A DNA stretch of 31,731 bases from NCBI GenBank assembly GCA_000165425.1, contig CT868041.1, forward strand, positions 620,001 through 651,731. Direction: 5' to 3'. The notes under the pieces were generated by a model, which saw only the letters and a list, made by a program, of their open reading frames with translations, ran no database searches and was not told the origin of the DNA. The position numbers were made by a program, and so were the translations under genes. The first letter of the stretch is position 1, and the number at the start of each line of letters is the position of its first letter. Below, one piece after another: positions 12,011 to 25,900 of this stretch. Origin of the DNA: Paramecium tetraurelia (lineage: Eukaryota).

Positions 12011-13619
12011 ATGCCAATATCTGAATCATAAAAAAGCAGTTCGCTTTGCTAAAATAGTTTGAAAAAATTAACATCGAAGCTAAGAATGAGTACAATCTTA
12101 TTAATATACACCTTTATCATCCTTGGAATCAGTTTAGCAATACTTATTATATGTTAGAACATTCAATTATCGATGGCTACTGATTAAGTCCAATTGATTT
12201 CACAATAAATATTATCACTACAAAACAAGAAGTATTATGAATTCACAAATCTAGAGCTCTATAAATTTAATCGAATGATGCTATGTATGTGATAAAGTTT
12301 GCATTTTATATGATAACAACTAAAATGTCGAAGTTAGTGTTCTTGAACTATTGGATGAATACTGTAGATTTTAGGATTGTGTAAGAACTCCAACATTGCA
12401 ACATCATGCAACAATTAAATCAATAAATCTAAATTTCAAGTAATTGCTTTACTACTATTGGTAACTTTAGCCTCTAAGGGGCAGATATGAAACCTTTTGA
12501 AAAATTGGTCAATCTTATGCATATTCACTAATTTACCTTTGATTTCTACATTGTTTCTCAATAAATATATTTAATTTCTATTGTAGACAATTTATTTACT
12601 GTTTATTACCCAACGAAACCTCTTAATGAAACTGTTGAGGCCTATCAGTAATAATGGTTCACAAATTACACTCAGGAGCTAAAATCAACAAAAACATTTA
12701 TTCCATATAAAATCAGTAAGCTGTTTTAAATGTCCAACTACAATTACTTATTGGCTGCATATTCTAATATTCTCTTTAATCCAAAACTACAAGTAACAGG
12801 TATTGCATCTTTATTAATCAATTTTCCTAAATTACAAAACTTTTTGTATATGGATCAATTAAGTTTGATGGTTCTGGATGAAAAAGGAACCCTCGTGTAT
12901 TCCAAAAGCTATATTGATCATCAAATGGAAAACAAAACTGATTTCATTTATAATGAAACTTTAACAGGATTTAATATCACTGATTGGGAGGAGATAAAAA
13001 AGTCCATAAATCAAACTACTTACCCAATCTACAAATACAATAGTTTATTAAAATAAAACGTATATATTAAAGCTTCATAATTACCTTAGACGGAGTTAAT
13101 AGCATTAACGTAATTATAGCAAATGTATTTAGTTTATAAAATAATACTTATGAATAAGAAATAGCGTCAGTATTGGATGGCTAAATTTAGAAAATAGTAT
13201 CTTGGTATGCGAATATGAGTCTATATGCTATTTTGGTAGACATTATTATTATATTACTAACAATTTTGCCTCTTAGATTTTTATTTCGATCAACAAACTT
13301 GGTGTTAGATATGATGATAAAGTATTTAAATGGAAAATTTGATTATAAAATGAAGGATGAAGTATTCAGCCATCAATTTCTTTAATCCAATGATAATTCA
13401 TTATCTAAACTCTATGAAACTTATTAGAAAATTGACAAAACTTTGAATAATTCCTAATTCGAGAAATCAGAGCAGTGCAAGATTATAGAATCTTTTCAGT
13501 GTTTAAAAAATGAAAAAATAAAACTAATTTTCTCAAAGGATGCATTAAAGGATAAGGAAGACTTTATTCCTCTATCACTTTTTTACTCGTTAATTAAAGT
13601 TCATTAAGAAGATATATGA
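12011..13619 (+). CDS. Two-TM protein with an extracellular Cache-like sensor domain and a short HAMP-like cytoplasmic tail
   Basis: TM1 ILLIYTFIILGISLAILIIC; VYYP...YQQQWFTNY; LMVLDEKGTLVY; IYNETLTGFNITDWEEI; TM2 LYAILVDIIIILLTILPL. Introns ~12232-12254 and 13110-13132; TGA 13617-13619. Confidence 0.72.
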
Positions 13620-13874
13620 AAATATAATAACTTTAAATAATTTAATTTTTATATCATCAAAATTTAACTTATTCTAATCATATTGCTTCATCAAAATAGA
13701 AGAAACTGAAGTATAAATTAAGATAAACAAAGATGAACCAATTAGAGGATGAAAATCTATAAGAGCAAGTAAAATCGGATACTATTATTATGATGAAATA
13801 ACAATGGTATATTTTAAATAAATAAACAAATAAAGTCAAGGTAACTTTGCTTTTAAAGTTAAATAGAATAAAAA

Positions 13875-15334
13875 TCAAGGAGTTTAAATAATCATCTCTA
13901 GACAAGCATAAAATCTAACGAATGATTAATCCATTTCATATTTTATTCTATTATCAAGAACTTAATTATAATCCATCATAAATCTTAATTTATAAAATAA
14001 TCTGTTTAAATTACATTAACTTGACTCTTAAAATTTATGAAGTAAAAACAAAATAATTGAAAGCTTATTATCCTCAGCAAGAATAAGCTCACGATATTTA
14101 TTTTATTAATCTTAAGGTCTGGACTATAAGTAAATGTCAACAATGTCATCCGACAACTTTTATATCAATAGAAATATTCTATATGGTTTAACTTCCTCTA
14201 ACATTTGTTTCAAAATAATAAACATTTCTTTGTAAGGGAGATTCTCTTTTTCAATTTATTCAATTGCATTCATAATTTTAGTCTGCATCTCAATAATTGA
14301 CATCCTTGAACTATTTCTAAAATACTATTCTTATCTTGATCTTCCAAAATCATGAGCAAACATATCCTCTTCGAATTCCTTAATCATTGTTTACTATCCA
14401 GGTTCAGGATATAATGATATATCCAAAGTTTATTATCTTTCTAATATTTGACCTTCATATTAAATCTATTAATTTTAATATTTTAACGGAATCATCTTCT
14501 CAATTAGTTAACCAATGCACAATTCTTTATCATATATGTAATGTTGAATTAACTTTTAGAAAAACAAACTATTCTGGAGATATTTTTAAATATCATTTAA
14601 AGAAATGAATTCTTTTATAATGTCTTAATATGTCAAACAGATTATCTACTTCAAAAATTCAAACAGATTAATTATACTAATAATTAGGTAATCGATCAAA
14701 CATTTATCCTCTTTCATAAGAGCACTTAATTTCCTTTTAGAAAAAAAACAGTCTTCAAATTCAGTAGTTTATTATTTTTCTTAAATTTCTAGAGGCAATT
14801 GAGTTTTTATAAAACTCTTAGTATCTGACATATGATGCAAATTAGGAGATATTGTTATATCATCTAATTTGTCTTTTTTTGATAACACCAATTATTTGTA
14901 GAATCTGTCGAATTCTTTGAGAATTAGATAAAAAAGAGACTTTTCTTTTAACTCATCGATATCGTCCATTAAACTTTTTAACAATTGAGAGTCTACATCA
15001 CCATCTTCTTTATGAATCTGCTGGGTAATATCCGTAATATTTGCAAACGATAATACATAACCAGATTATAAAAAGTCTTTGCCTGGCTTTGGAAACTCGT
15101 ACTTTTAAATTACTTTAAGAAGTTTATTCTATTAATCAATTTCAATATTACTTAAAAAAAGTCAAGGAAATAATCTAGCATTTCAGTTTTTTCAGATCCA
15201 TTTTCCAGTTCCTTTGCTCCTTTAAGCACAATATTTTTAAGCTTTTTTTTTATTTCCATAGCTCTTTTTGTTCTTAAGGGCATACTTTCTTTTTTTCTAA
15301 TGTCATCCTGACTATAACATACTGAGTTTCCCAT
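13875..15334 (-). CDS. N-myristoylated protein with a divergent C-terminal VPS9 (Rab5-family GEF)-like domain
   Basis: MGNSVC start; intron 15129-15151; C-terminal PYKEMFIILKQMLEEVKPYRIFLLIQKLSDDIVDIY...LILAEDNKLSIILFLL...LFYKLRFMMDY...EMDQSFVRFYACLEMII follows the VPS9 helix pattern; TGA 13877-13875. Confidence 0.72.
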
Positions 15335-15545
15335 TATTAAATTCGCTGACGTAAATAATAAATAATTATTTAATTAAGAAAAGAAGTCTTTTTTTTCTTA
15401 AAAATAGAAGTCATATTATATTATGCACTTAATTTAAGGAAAAAGGTTCAGAATTATCAACTAAATAGTCATCAAATTGCATATTATATAAAATTATATA
15501 AATAAAAAACATTTTAAATTATTAAAACGAATATCAAAGTGAGTA

Positions 15546-15594
15546 TTGATGAAAAATATTGAAATCGAATTCGAAATTTCAAATATTTTATCAA
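15546..15594. repeat. Imperfect palindrome centred on TCGAATTCGA in a divergent intergenic region
   Basis: Left arm ttgatgaaaaatattgaaatcgaa; right arm ttcgaaatttcaaatattttatcaa is its near reverse complement. Confidence 0.5.
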
Positions 15595-15800
15595 CTATTT
15601 TAAGAGTAATTCAAAATATTAATTGAAATAATTTCATAATTCTTTTCTTTTTAGAAATATTTAAACTACCCCAAGCTTCATTGTATTATTGGTTAAGTCA
15701 TTAAATGATAAATAAATTCTAAAGTTTTTGCTTGGCTTAATTTATACTTAAGTATTTGGGTGATAAAAATATTAATATAAATAAATAAATTAACATTAAA

Positions 15801-17744
15801 ATGAATCCATAAGATCAACTTGTAAAAATTACACTAATAAAAGTGCCAGATGGATATTAAGTTGAAGAGAAAATTTATACAAAAATAAAAATTCCAAAAA
15901 CATTTCTTGATCAATAAAAAATTACTCAACCAAAACCTACTTAAAAATAAGTTGTTTCTAAACCACCTTCATAAATCAAATAAGCAATGCCTCCACAAAT
16001 TCAACCTGTTAATCTTCCTCCACCTATGCCCCCTTAAAATAATTTAGTTCAATAATAGTTGGAAAATATTCCCTCTAAACTGATTTGGAATCCTTCCCCA
16101 GCACCTTAAAACCCTCATTAAATTAAGCAAATGCCACCCTAAAATCAATGGTTTGCTTAGCCTCAACTCCCTTAAATCCATTAACCTCCACCTCAAATAT
16201 AATAGCCACCTTAACCATAAATAACTCTGCCAATATAATAGCCATAAGAATCATAAAAACAAGAAATAAGAAGATAATTATCAAAACATTCACTGATAAT
16301 TCCTTCCTGTGCTAATTGGTTTTAGATGGATAGTATTAATGAAATTGAAAAGGATCACTTCTCTGAATTTTTTACAAATTAACATGTTTCAAAAACACCT
16401 GAACTTTATAAAAAATATAGAAACTTCATTGTTAATCTGTATAGAAACTAGCCAAGCACATATTTAACAACCATTGCGTGTAGAAAGGTCTTAGCAGGGG
16501 ATGCATGCACAATATCTAGAATTCATGGGTTTCTATAATATTGGGGTTTGATAAATTATTCTGTCGATCCAGACACATGTCCAAATAAAGTACTTCCTTA
16601 ATAAGCCTTGACAAAGAGTCTCTATAGAACCTTGTAATTAAATGCAAAAGATGAGCTTGATGAAAAAAGTGATTTAAATTAATATGAGATAACCTTGATT
16701 AATGCCATCAAAATATTTTCTAAAAGATATAGGTATTAAACAGTATTAACATTAGACCTGGTTGTTCTTTTTGCGGAATACTATGTGGATTATAATGGTA
16801 TGCCGAAAAAGAGTAGACACAAAAGGAGAAGGTAGATTAAGATAAAGTAGAGAATGTAAAAGAGGTTGAAAATAAATAGAAAAATTCAATCAAATTAGAT
16901 TTATGTATGAAGTGCTTTTCTAATAATAATTTTCCTAATAGTTTAACATCTGAGGATTTCTAATTAACTAATCTTGAGTAAAAGTTTTCATAATTACATA
17001 TCTTATCCGATTAACCTAGATCAATATTAAACGACTAAGAAGTAAGCTACCTAATTTCGATTATTCAAGAAACTTCTGATTCAAATTGGGAAAAATTAGC
17101 TTAGCAGTTGAATTAAACATTTTCGACTTCTCATACTGAGGAGGAATTAATTCTACACTTTCTTTAATATCCTATTGATCATTTAATAGAGATTGATAAA
17201 GTGATTGATTCAAAAGAATGCCTAGAGAAATTATCAATTAATGATGTATCTAGTAGAATTGCTTTTGAAGAAGTACATATTACTTTAACTTTAGCCCAAT
17301 GTTTTTAGTGACCAAAAAAACCTTGTTAGCTTTCATTTATCCATTTTCAAAAAGCTATTGAATAATTTAAATAAAAGAGATTCAGAATAATTTCTAAAAC
17401 TTGATGATGTGAAATCAAACAGTAACAATAATGAAGATGTTATTGAAGAAGAAAAAAGAGTAATATAAATGAGCTAAGAAACCTTAGAGAGGGCAAAATC
17501 TTTGTAGAAAAGGGAAGAAGAGAAATTGAATAATCATATTAATCTTTTAATAAGTTTATAGATGGAAAAACTAGAACATAAACTCACCTTTTTAGAAGAA
17601 TATGAAAAACTAATTCTATATGAAAAGCAATAATTAGAAATTTGTTAAGTAATTTAAAAATTATATTTTTAGAAATAAACTTTAGCAGAAAGATTGGTAA
17701 TAGTATAATAAAAACTATAATATTACTCGGATAATAATTAATGA
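15801..17744 (+). CDS. SWI3: SWI/SNF core subunit SWI3/SMARCC/Rsc8 (P/Q-rich N-terminus, SWIRM, ZZ-like zinc finger, SANT, coiled coil)
   Basis: IIPSCANWFQMDSINEIEK...YKKYRNFIVNLYR...[27 protein letters not shown] (SWIRM); CSFC...LCMKCF; C-terminal LQMEKLEHKLTFLEEYE. Introns 16733-16755, 17273-17294, 17649-17672; TGA 17742-17744. Confidence 0.93.
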
Positions 17745-17830
17745 AAATTTGAGCTATTCCTTGCACATATAATTATAAAATTTGTTTCATTTATTATTTT
17801 TAATTTATACGATTAACTATATTTTATTAA

Positions 17831-19840
17831 ATGGAAAATTATTAAGATGAACAGAAAGAAGTAGGTTCAATCTAGTAACTGTAATTTAATTATGAAATAC
17901 TACTAAAAGATGGAATTTCTAACTCAAATTCTTCAATAGATGAGCATTAAAAAAAAATATCTGTTGAAAAATCAACTAGGAACTCAATAGTTACGACTGA
18001 CTATTAAAATCATGTTAATCAATTGGTAAAATAATGTGAAATATTGAACTAATTTTAATTGAACAATAAGGTTGATGGAAAGAATGTTAATGTAAATTTT
18101 TAAAACTTTTGGGTGATTGAATAAAATATAGTAGATCATCAAATAGCAGAATACTCTTTGAAAATTGGTTTAGCAAATCTATTATTATTAAAAAGCAATT
18201 TGAAAGGCTCTCTCTACTGTCTCTCAAAAATTATTTCTTTTAGAAATACTAATATCACTTAATAACTTATAGACCTTGATTGGTCTCTATTGTATTTAGA
18301 TGAATTAACTGAAGAAAATTTAGAATTTTTAATATAAAATGCAAATTTAAAATGCCTATAACAATTGTTATTCTCTACAAATAAAATAGATATGATTTTA
18401 AATATAAAATCAGATTACAGCAATAAAATACTGAAAAAAATATTTACATGTTTGGACTCTTATTGTATCAGCTACAATTATGCAGAAATTCTATATCAAA
18501 AGAAAGTTATTGATAGGATTTTACAATACTTAACTGTTGCAAACTAAGAATGCTTTTAATTAATAGGTTCATTATGTTTATCTTAAAATGCGCAAAATGA
18601 AATTTTAGAAACAGATATCTAAAAAAAATTATTTTTAAATCTCAAAAGCAAAAATCCATAGATTGTTGCAAACTCATATTATGCATTATCTGGAATTTGC
18701 TTTAATTAATCGTATTTGTAGCTTAAGTTTGTTGATTCAGAGCTACCAAAATTCATGAAATCTCACTTATCTTAATCATCTGAAATTTGTATAATAGATG
18801 CATTGTCTTAATTGATTTCAAATTTAACATATAATAATGATCAAGTTAAACAAGTTCTTGGAGATTTTATTCCAAATTTAATCGATATTGTCCTAAGTAT
18901 TCTTAAATTGATAATAGATAAGAAATAACTAAAAGATTAATATGTTAAAGGGGTTAAATCTCTCTTAAGGGCAATTTGCAATCTTATTTTTATAAAATCT
19001 AATGCAATATTTGCTTGTGAACATAATTTAGGAGGGCTTTGTTCCTTTCTTTATTCAAATGAGTGTGTAATATCAGAGTATCTTGATATACAAATAAATT
19101 TAGGTATTCATTAATTGATGAATTAATAATTGCTGATATCTCTCGATAGTTTAATTCAAAAATAATAACATTAAGAGCATTTGCTAAAAATATTAGACGG
19201 TATAATTAGCTCTGCAAAACAATTTAGTAAGTTTATATGCAAAGATCTTAACTTAGTAACATACAAGAATATTTTAGTAAAATAGATTGAGAATCATTAA
19301 ATAATTTAAAAAATCTATAAATTAGTTAGCATTTTGTTAAGTGACAAACAAAATTTTATATATTTGTAAGAATGTGGCTTAATTGAAGAGATTAAACCAT
19401 TTTAGCATATTAATATTTAATATTATTATGAAAAAATTTAGAATTAATTACATGAGATTACACTTATGTCAAGAATCTTTGGGACTCAAGATGAAAAAAC
19501 TGAATAATTATTTGACGTTAAAGTTGTTAAAGGTAATAAAAAGTTAAATAATGCCATCTTATAGATCAACAAAAATTCAATTTCGATCTCTTAAAATGGA
19601 ATTACTAAATCTAAGTATATAATTTAAAGGTTGAAAGAAATTTTAGATCTAGAGATTGACTAAAAAGAATTCAAAAACATTCTCTAGATTAAAAATATTC
19701 TAAGATCTTATTGCTTTGGCCTTATTGGCTATTAAAAATCATAAATGAATAGAATTATAATACAAGCCCAAGATTCTTAATAAAAAATAAAAATTTTTCA
19801 CCTGCTCTAGCAATTTATATCTGATTAAGTTAAATCATGA
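17831..19840 (+). CDS. Armadillo/HEAT-repeat protein with a possible C-terminal PH-like domain (~669 aa)
   Basis: Start and stop in the same frame; ARM-like helices (LFLNLKSKNPQIVANSYYALSGIC, LLRAICNLIFIKSNA); C-terminal beta-rich stretch closed by a helix (CFGLIG...IIIQAQDSQQKIKIFHLLQQFI). Confidence 0.72.
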
Positions 19841-19947
19841 ATTTTACTAATGCATTTTATAAATTTAAAAAATTTGATTTTTGATTAATCTATAAAAGAA
19901 TACTGTATATCAATTATGCAATTAAATAACAAAACTTTTAAAAATAA

Positions 19948-22900
19948 TCAATTTGATTCTACGATTAATCTTTTTATTAAATCCTTACAATTATGCTCTG
20001 TACCTATTTGATAAAATATAGCTAATGCCTAAAAAAAATAATTAACAAATACTTCGAAAAATTTTTAGATCCCATTCAAAGTTTTAAGTGAACTCTTTTC
20101 TAAAACATCATCAAGGATACTTTAACTATCAAAATTGTTCTTAGAGATCTCAGAAATCTAGAGTTGTTTTTTTCCCGTCCTTTAAGTTAGATATTCATTA
20201 ATTAAATCTCCTATTTAAAATGTTCTATTTTAAGTATTGCTATCCAAAATAGCAATCAGTTGTTTTTCTTAGTAAATTAATCCTTAAGCTATTCTTGTTA
20301 TTTCATCTATATCAAATCTGTTTAAAGAAATTATAATTTTTAAACATCTTATGTATTAGGAGTAGAGCCAACGATCATGAATTCCTAAGTGGTATAAAAA
20401 TATTCCTTTGATAGGGTGTTTATTATCTTCATACCATCCAGAAAGACTTTCATTTGTTAGATCAAGCATATCTTAAGCCTTCTACATCTGGTTTAAAAAT
20501 GTATATGATTCATATTGTATCAAATATATTATTGAGATATGAGGATGAACTAAATATGAGAATGTTTATTGAATGTTTTAATATCCATTTATTGCTTTTT
20601 AGGTGCTTGATAATATCCAATTATTTATCAATTTTTTATTAACTTTGTTTTTCGAATTTGATAAGACATTTAGCTGAAAATCTAAGAAAATTAAATTTTG
20701 ATGTATAAAGCCTGCGTCTGATTCTGTGTATAATTTAAGGGAGCTATAAGCATTATATTTCATCTCTTCATCTTTAATTTTTTTCCGAATTTACCCTATT
20801 TAATTTTATTCATCTACTAGTAAATGCTCAATCAATTTATTATCTTTTTCTTTTAACAAAAAATTAAAATACATAGCATAAATCATTTGTAAATAAGGTT
20901 GATGAGTCTTATGAATTTAGCTTAATTGTAACGAAAATAGTATATTTACTTTAGGAACATTTTTACCTAAATTTATTAGGATTCTAATATGATTTAGTAT
21001 AGCTTCATTGATAAAATCTTTATTAAATATATGTATGTAATCAGAATCTACAATTTCATCTATTAGAAACTCATATTCCATAATTTTTAAATCTTTAAAA
21101 AATGTATGTACTGGATATTCTTATATCTATATAATAAAATAAATCTTACTAATCGGCGATTAATTATTGATAGTATCGTCTATTCTTATTTCAAGAACGT
21201 GACCACATATTTCAAAACTTTTTCTGAATATTTCAAAGCATTTTCATAATCGAATAAATTAAGATGGTATTTGCATTATAAAAGAGCTAAAATAGCATAT
21301 ATGAGTGTTCTTTCTAAATAATTATTTAGGTTCAAGTCACTTTCTATTTTTTCTTAGTCTTGGTAATTGCGCTATTTTTTTGGATCAATCTTCCCAATCA
21401 TTGCTTGAATAGCATCTAACTAATATTCAAATATATGTATGAAGCGGCAATAAATTGCATTACCTTTTAAAGTGTTAATTAATTTAGTGACAATCTCTTA
21501 AATCAAAAAGTAATTTTAATTCATCATAATATTGAAAAGTATATATTATGCATAAAATTTTATGTCTTCAAAATTATAAAAAGTGTCTGTATATTCAAAT
21601 AGGTACTTTTATGGATAAGGAATGCAATTGTGATTGCTTTTATATAAGCTTTCTACTACATAAAGATCCTATTCAAACCCTTAATGCTTTTTATCAAAAA
21701 TTGGAGCTTCACATTAAATTAATCTTAAAGAAAACTAGGTCATCAAATCAACAAGATCAAATTATTAAAGTTGCAAATAATTATGAATTAGGGCTAATAC
21801 GAAGATTGATGATTCAATATCATCGTTTAAACACTCTGAAATTTATTGGTATGAGCCTCTTAAATTATGATATTACTTTAAGCTGCAATTTAAAAATTAG
21901 CAAAAGAGTTATTATTGTTACTATTTACCTAAATTTGAATCAAATTACAATTAATATCCTTTTCTGTTGTTAATTTATGTACACTTGAGTGTTTGGCAAT
22001 AGAATTTTGATTTAAACTAAAATTTTTTTATTTAATTTGTTGCATGTTTTGATATTTCATTTTCTTCTAATACAAGATTTTCAAGATGCTTAGGAGAATA
22101 CGCAAAGCAGATTGAAAGATAATAGAAAACCTATAATTCTTCTAAACTCGAATGAAAAAACCAAGAATCTTATTGTAGTTAAATCTATTAGTGAATCTGT
22201 TTTAATAATTAGATAAAAGATTATTAGTTTTAATGGCAAAATGTAGTTCTTTAGATCTAAGTAGATAAATTATGGTTAACAGGTTAAACATTATCAAGAT
22301 GTAATATAAACTAAATTAACTTAATTCTAAATAATAAGTTATAACAGCATATCTTTGAGAAAGTGAATAACTACATTGAATGTTATAAAATTTTTCTATT
22401 TTTAAAAGTTGTTTAAAGATTCGAAAAAATCATAATCTAAAATTTCAGGAGTTCAAGATCATCTGATTCTAATAAGTCCACTTATTAATGGCTGGTAATT
22501 TCCTTCCATTTTTTGAACTTTATTATTAAATACTTTCCGACATCACATTACTCTTCATACTCTTAATCTTGTTATTGGATTTCTTCTTTGTTAAGCAATT
22601 TAAGTTGATTTAGATAAAAATTATATACCGGAATATAAGCTCCTTCAATCTGCTTAAACTATTAGTAATATTTTGAAAACTCTTCATTTCTGTTATCATA
22701 TAAATTAATTAAATGAAGGTATTTAAAATATGTTAACTATGTGCAATACAATGTGTTCCTATCTATGATACCTTTAGACTTTGTTTAATATTCTTCATTT
22801 CCTATGTCATCATTGTCTTCATCTAATGGAGAAGATTACTTTAAATTAATTAAACCTGGTGTGTGATCAAGAGGTACATTCAAAAAGGTTGGGATGGGTT

Positions 22901-25900
22901 CCCGAAAGGCCAATTCTTCTTCTCTCTGAATTATTTAAATATATTAAAGATCTGCCAGAATAAAATTTTTATTGAAATAATTATAAATTGCTTTTATTAA
23001 AGTAAATTGATTTTTGTATCTTTAAATCTAAGTGTGAAATTAAATTAGAATTAAAATATACTTTGAATTTTTCCTTAAGGTACTAATTAAATTTAATCTT
23101 TCAAATGAGCTTACAGATGACTAATTATCTTATGTTTATTTAAACTTTTATTTCAAAATTGTGCGATGCTCTACTTCAGATAGATTTTCTAATTTTATAT
23201 TAAAGCTTAATTATTTTAGAATAATTTTTAGTTGACTACAGCATTTTTTTATCGCAGCGATAATTTACGAGTTTTCAGGTTCTATTTATTGCTTCAAACC
23301 AAAAAGAGCAGATATTTTAAAATAAAATATTAATAATGTATCCAAAATCTTCTTAATATCATGGGGTTTTAGAATATATGTTTGTATCTCTCGGGAGATG
23401 TAATCTAAGAATTTTTCCATAAAGTTAATAGTTTGTACATTATGTTAAGCTGCCAAATAATCTTCTGCTTCCTGAATCAATTAAATTGATTTTTTAAATT
23501 ATTTCATTCTAAGGTGAAAATTGATTTAGTGCTTCATATTCTCGATATAGAATTAATAGGATTAGTCTTTTAAATTGAGATTAAACTAAAAATTAATATC
23601 TGAGAATGGATCTTATTTTTGCATATTTTCTAAGGCCTAACTTGCTGTTAAATCATTATATAATATATCCATCAAAAAGGACAATAAAGGGTGTTCAATG
23701 TTTTTAAGGACTTCCCCCAAATCTTCGATTGGGTCTAGCAATATCATCTCCAAAATAACTTGAACTAACTAGAATACCGGATTGTCCTCTTGTAAAATAG
23801 AATTTAAAATCATATATTCATTATTACTTAAAGCATACGTATAAATTGAAAGGCTGTTTACAATACCCTTTGATAATATAATTAAATTTGCATACAAAAA
23901 TTACATTAATTAATCTATTGTGTAATGAAGTGAATGCTTTTTTCTAAATTTTATTACTTAATATAAAGTTTTACAATCTAAACAAGGGTATAAGGATACA
24001 CAATAAGCTTTTATTAAAAAATCATCAATTTAATCAATTATATTGAGTAATTTGATGTAATTCTTGCTTTCGCTAACAAAGACTCCTAATCCATTGTTGT
24101 AATGCTTTAAAAACTGCAATTATTATCCATGCTTTATTTGGAAAAATTACATTAAATATTCTTAATCCTCAACTTCAACAATCCAGAGAAGATCATGAAG
24201 ATGCTTTTTCATTGTTATATTAGGAATTTAATTCATTTCATCTAAGCAATATTATAAAACAAACTCTTCTAGTTTTGTAGAATATTATTCAAATATATAT
24301 GTGTCTTTAGATTTATCGATTATATTTTTAAACACTTCTGATTTTAAAGAATTTAGATAATAATTTTTTTATTAAATTCTCCCGTTAACTGAAGGAAATA
24401 TATAACTAGTTTTTTACCTATATAAATATCAAATTTTTATACTCATATTCTAATTTATTAAATAATTCTATAAACAATTCTAATGTATATTAATTTAACT
24501 GCGTATATTAAACTAAATTGTTAAATTTTTTATGTATATCTGAACCATTTTGAGCTTCCTCTAACTTTTTAGTTGCTTCGTAGTATTCTAAAACAAATTA
24601 AATGGCTTATTTTCTTATACTTTGTTTCCGAAATCCTCTAAAAAATAAACCCTTGTATCTGAATATTGTTACTTTTCTACAATTTAGCCATGATTTTTTT
24701 TCAATAAATTTATTATATTTTAAAACTAGCTCATTATATTCTTTTCTTTCTTCCAATGTAAGTTAATTTCCAAATTATCTAAATTATTTGCTAAATTTTA
24801 AAGCTGCCTAGGCTTTATAGTATTTATTTTGATTCTCAAAACTTTACTTTAATATTTAAAATCTCTTATAATCTAGATTATGCAATGCTTTTTATTTTCT
24901 TCTAAAATAAGATTAACTTTAAACCAATCTATAATCATTCCATAGCATATTATAAGAGGATAATAATTGAAGCCGAAAAAAAAATCGCCATATAATTGTT
25001 CTGTCCCTGATTAACTATTTAGGTCCTGATTGACAAGATTATATTTAAAATGCCCAGTTTATTGAACGCTTTTTATAATAGTTATAAAAAAATTAATAGT
25101 CTAATTTATCTACTTATTACAATTTTTTTATTATTTCTGTAATCATAAGCTAAAACTTACTTTTCCCTAATTTTTAAATTTCTTTTGCTGAATTTTATAT
25201 CTATGTAGTACTCTCAAAAGGATCAATAATACTTTTCATTCTGTTATTCTACCTTGAACTAGATACTGTAAATATAGGACTAGATACAGAATTCAAAGGG
25301 CTAGAATTTGAGATTTTTGAAGAATTTGAGTTGATTGGGCTTTATGTTTGTTTAACATGATCTTCATTTTAAATTATTTCTGCCTTTGAGATGAGATAAT
25401 TGGTTTCCTGTTCTACTAATCTCTAAGAAATCAACTAAATTTTTTTTCTCTAATGATCTAAAATTTCATCATCAGAACTAATTGTTTCAAAATAATCTGC
25501 TCTTTGCATGCCATTAGATCCAAATACTTTATATAACGGGCATCTTTATAATAGTACTTTATTCTCTTATTCTCTTCGACTACTTCTATTTGTAAGAATT
25601 TTAATATTATTCTAATAAATGTATTAGCCTCTCTTTACTATATACTCAAGTATTAATGGAGGACTTAAAAATGTCGTGTTTGTAATATATTTGATAAAGA
25701 AATTATAAAATAATAAAGTAACAAATAGCTAAATAACATCATCCTAAAGATATTTGTAATAATAAACACATATTAAACTACAATTACTAAGTAAACTAAT
25801 AAAATTAATAAATTAATGTATTTCAAACCAAATTCCTAAGGAACTATCTCCTTTCGGCCAAGGCCTTTATATTTAATATAAAAGTTTAAATTTTACAATT

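Noticed and set aside
4935..15334. Apparent cluster of membrane-trafficking genes (SRP54-like, MRH receptor, ANTH, VPS9-like)
   Set aside because: Interspersed with unrelated genes on both strands; ciliates lack operons and trafficking families are large, so chance is sufficient.
15900..16260. Low-complexity CCT/CAA/TAA repeats
   Set aside because: Encode the Pro/Gln-rich N-terminus of SWI3; not a DNA repeat array, telomere or CRISPR.
20921..20949. Intron-like gtaaat...aag segment in the giant gene (also 23009-23061 and 14646-14677 regions)
   Set aside because: Splicing them creates early TGA codons while read-through keeps the frame, so they are coding.
21548..21973. 141-aa plus-strand ORF in the track (likewise 6032-6214, 6671-6943, 11137-11322, 14387-14608, 17584-17766, 20454-20642, 27855-28082)
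   Set aside because: Antisense shadows of real genes on the other strand; artifacts of using the standard code.
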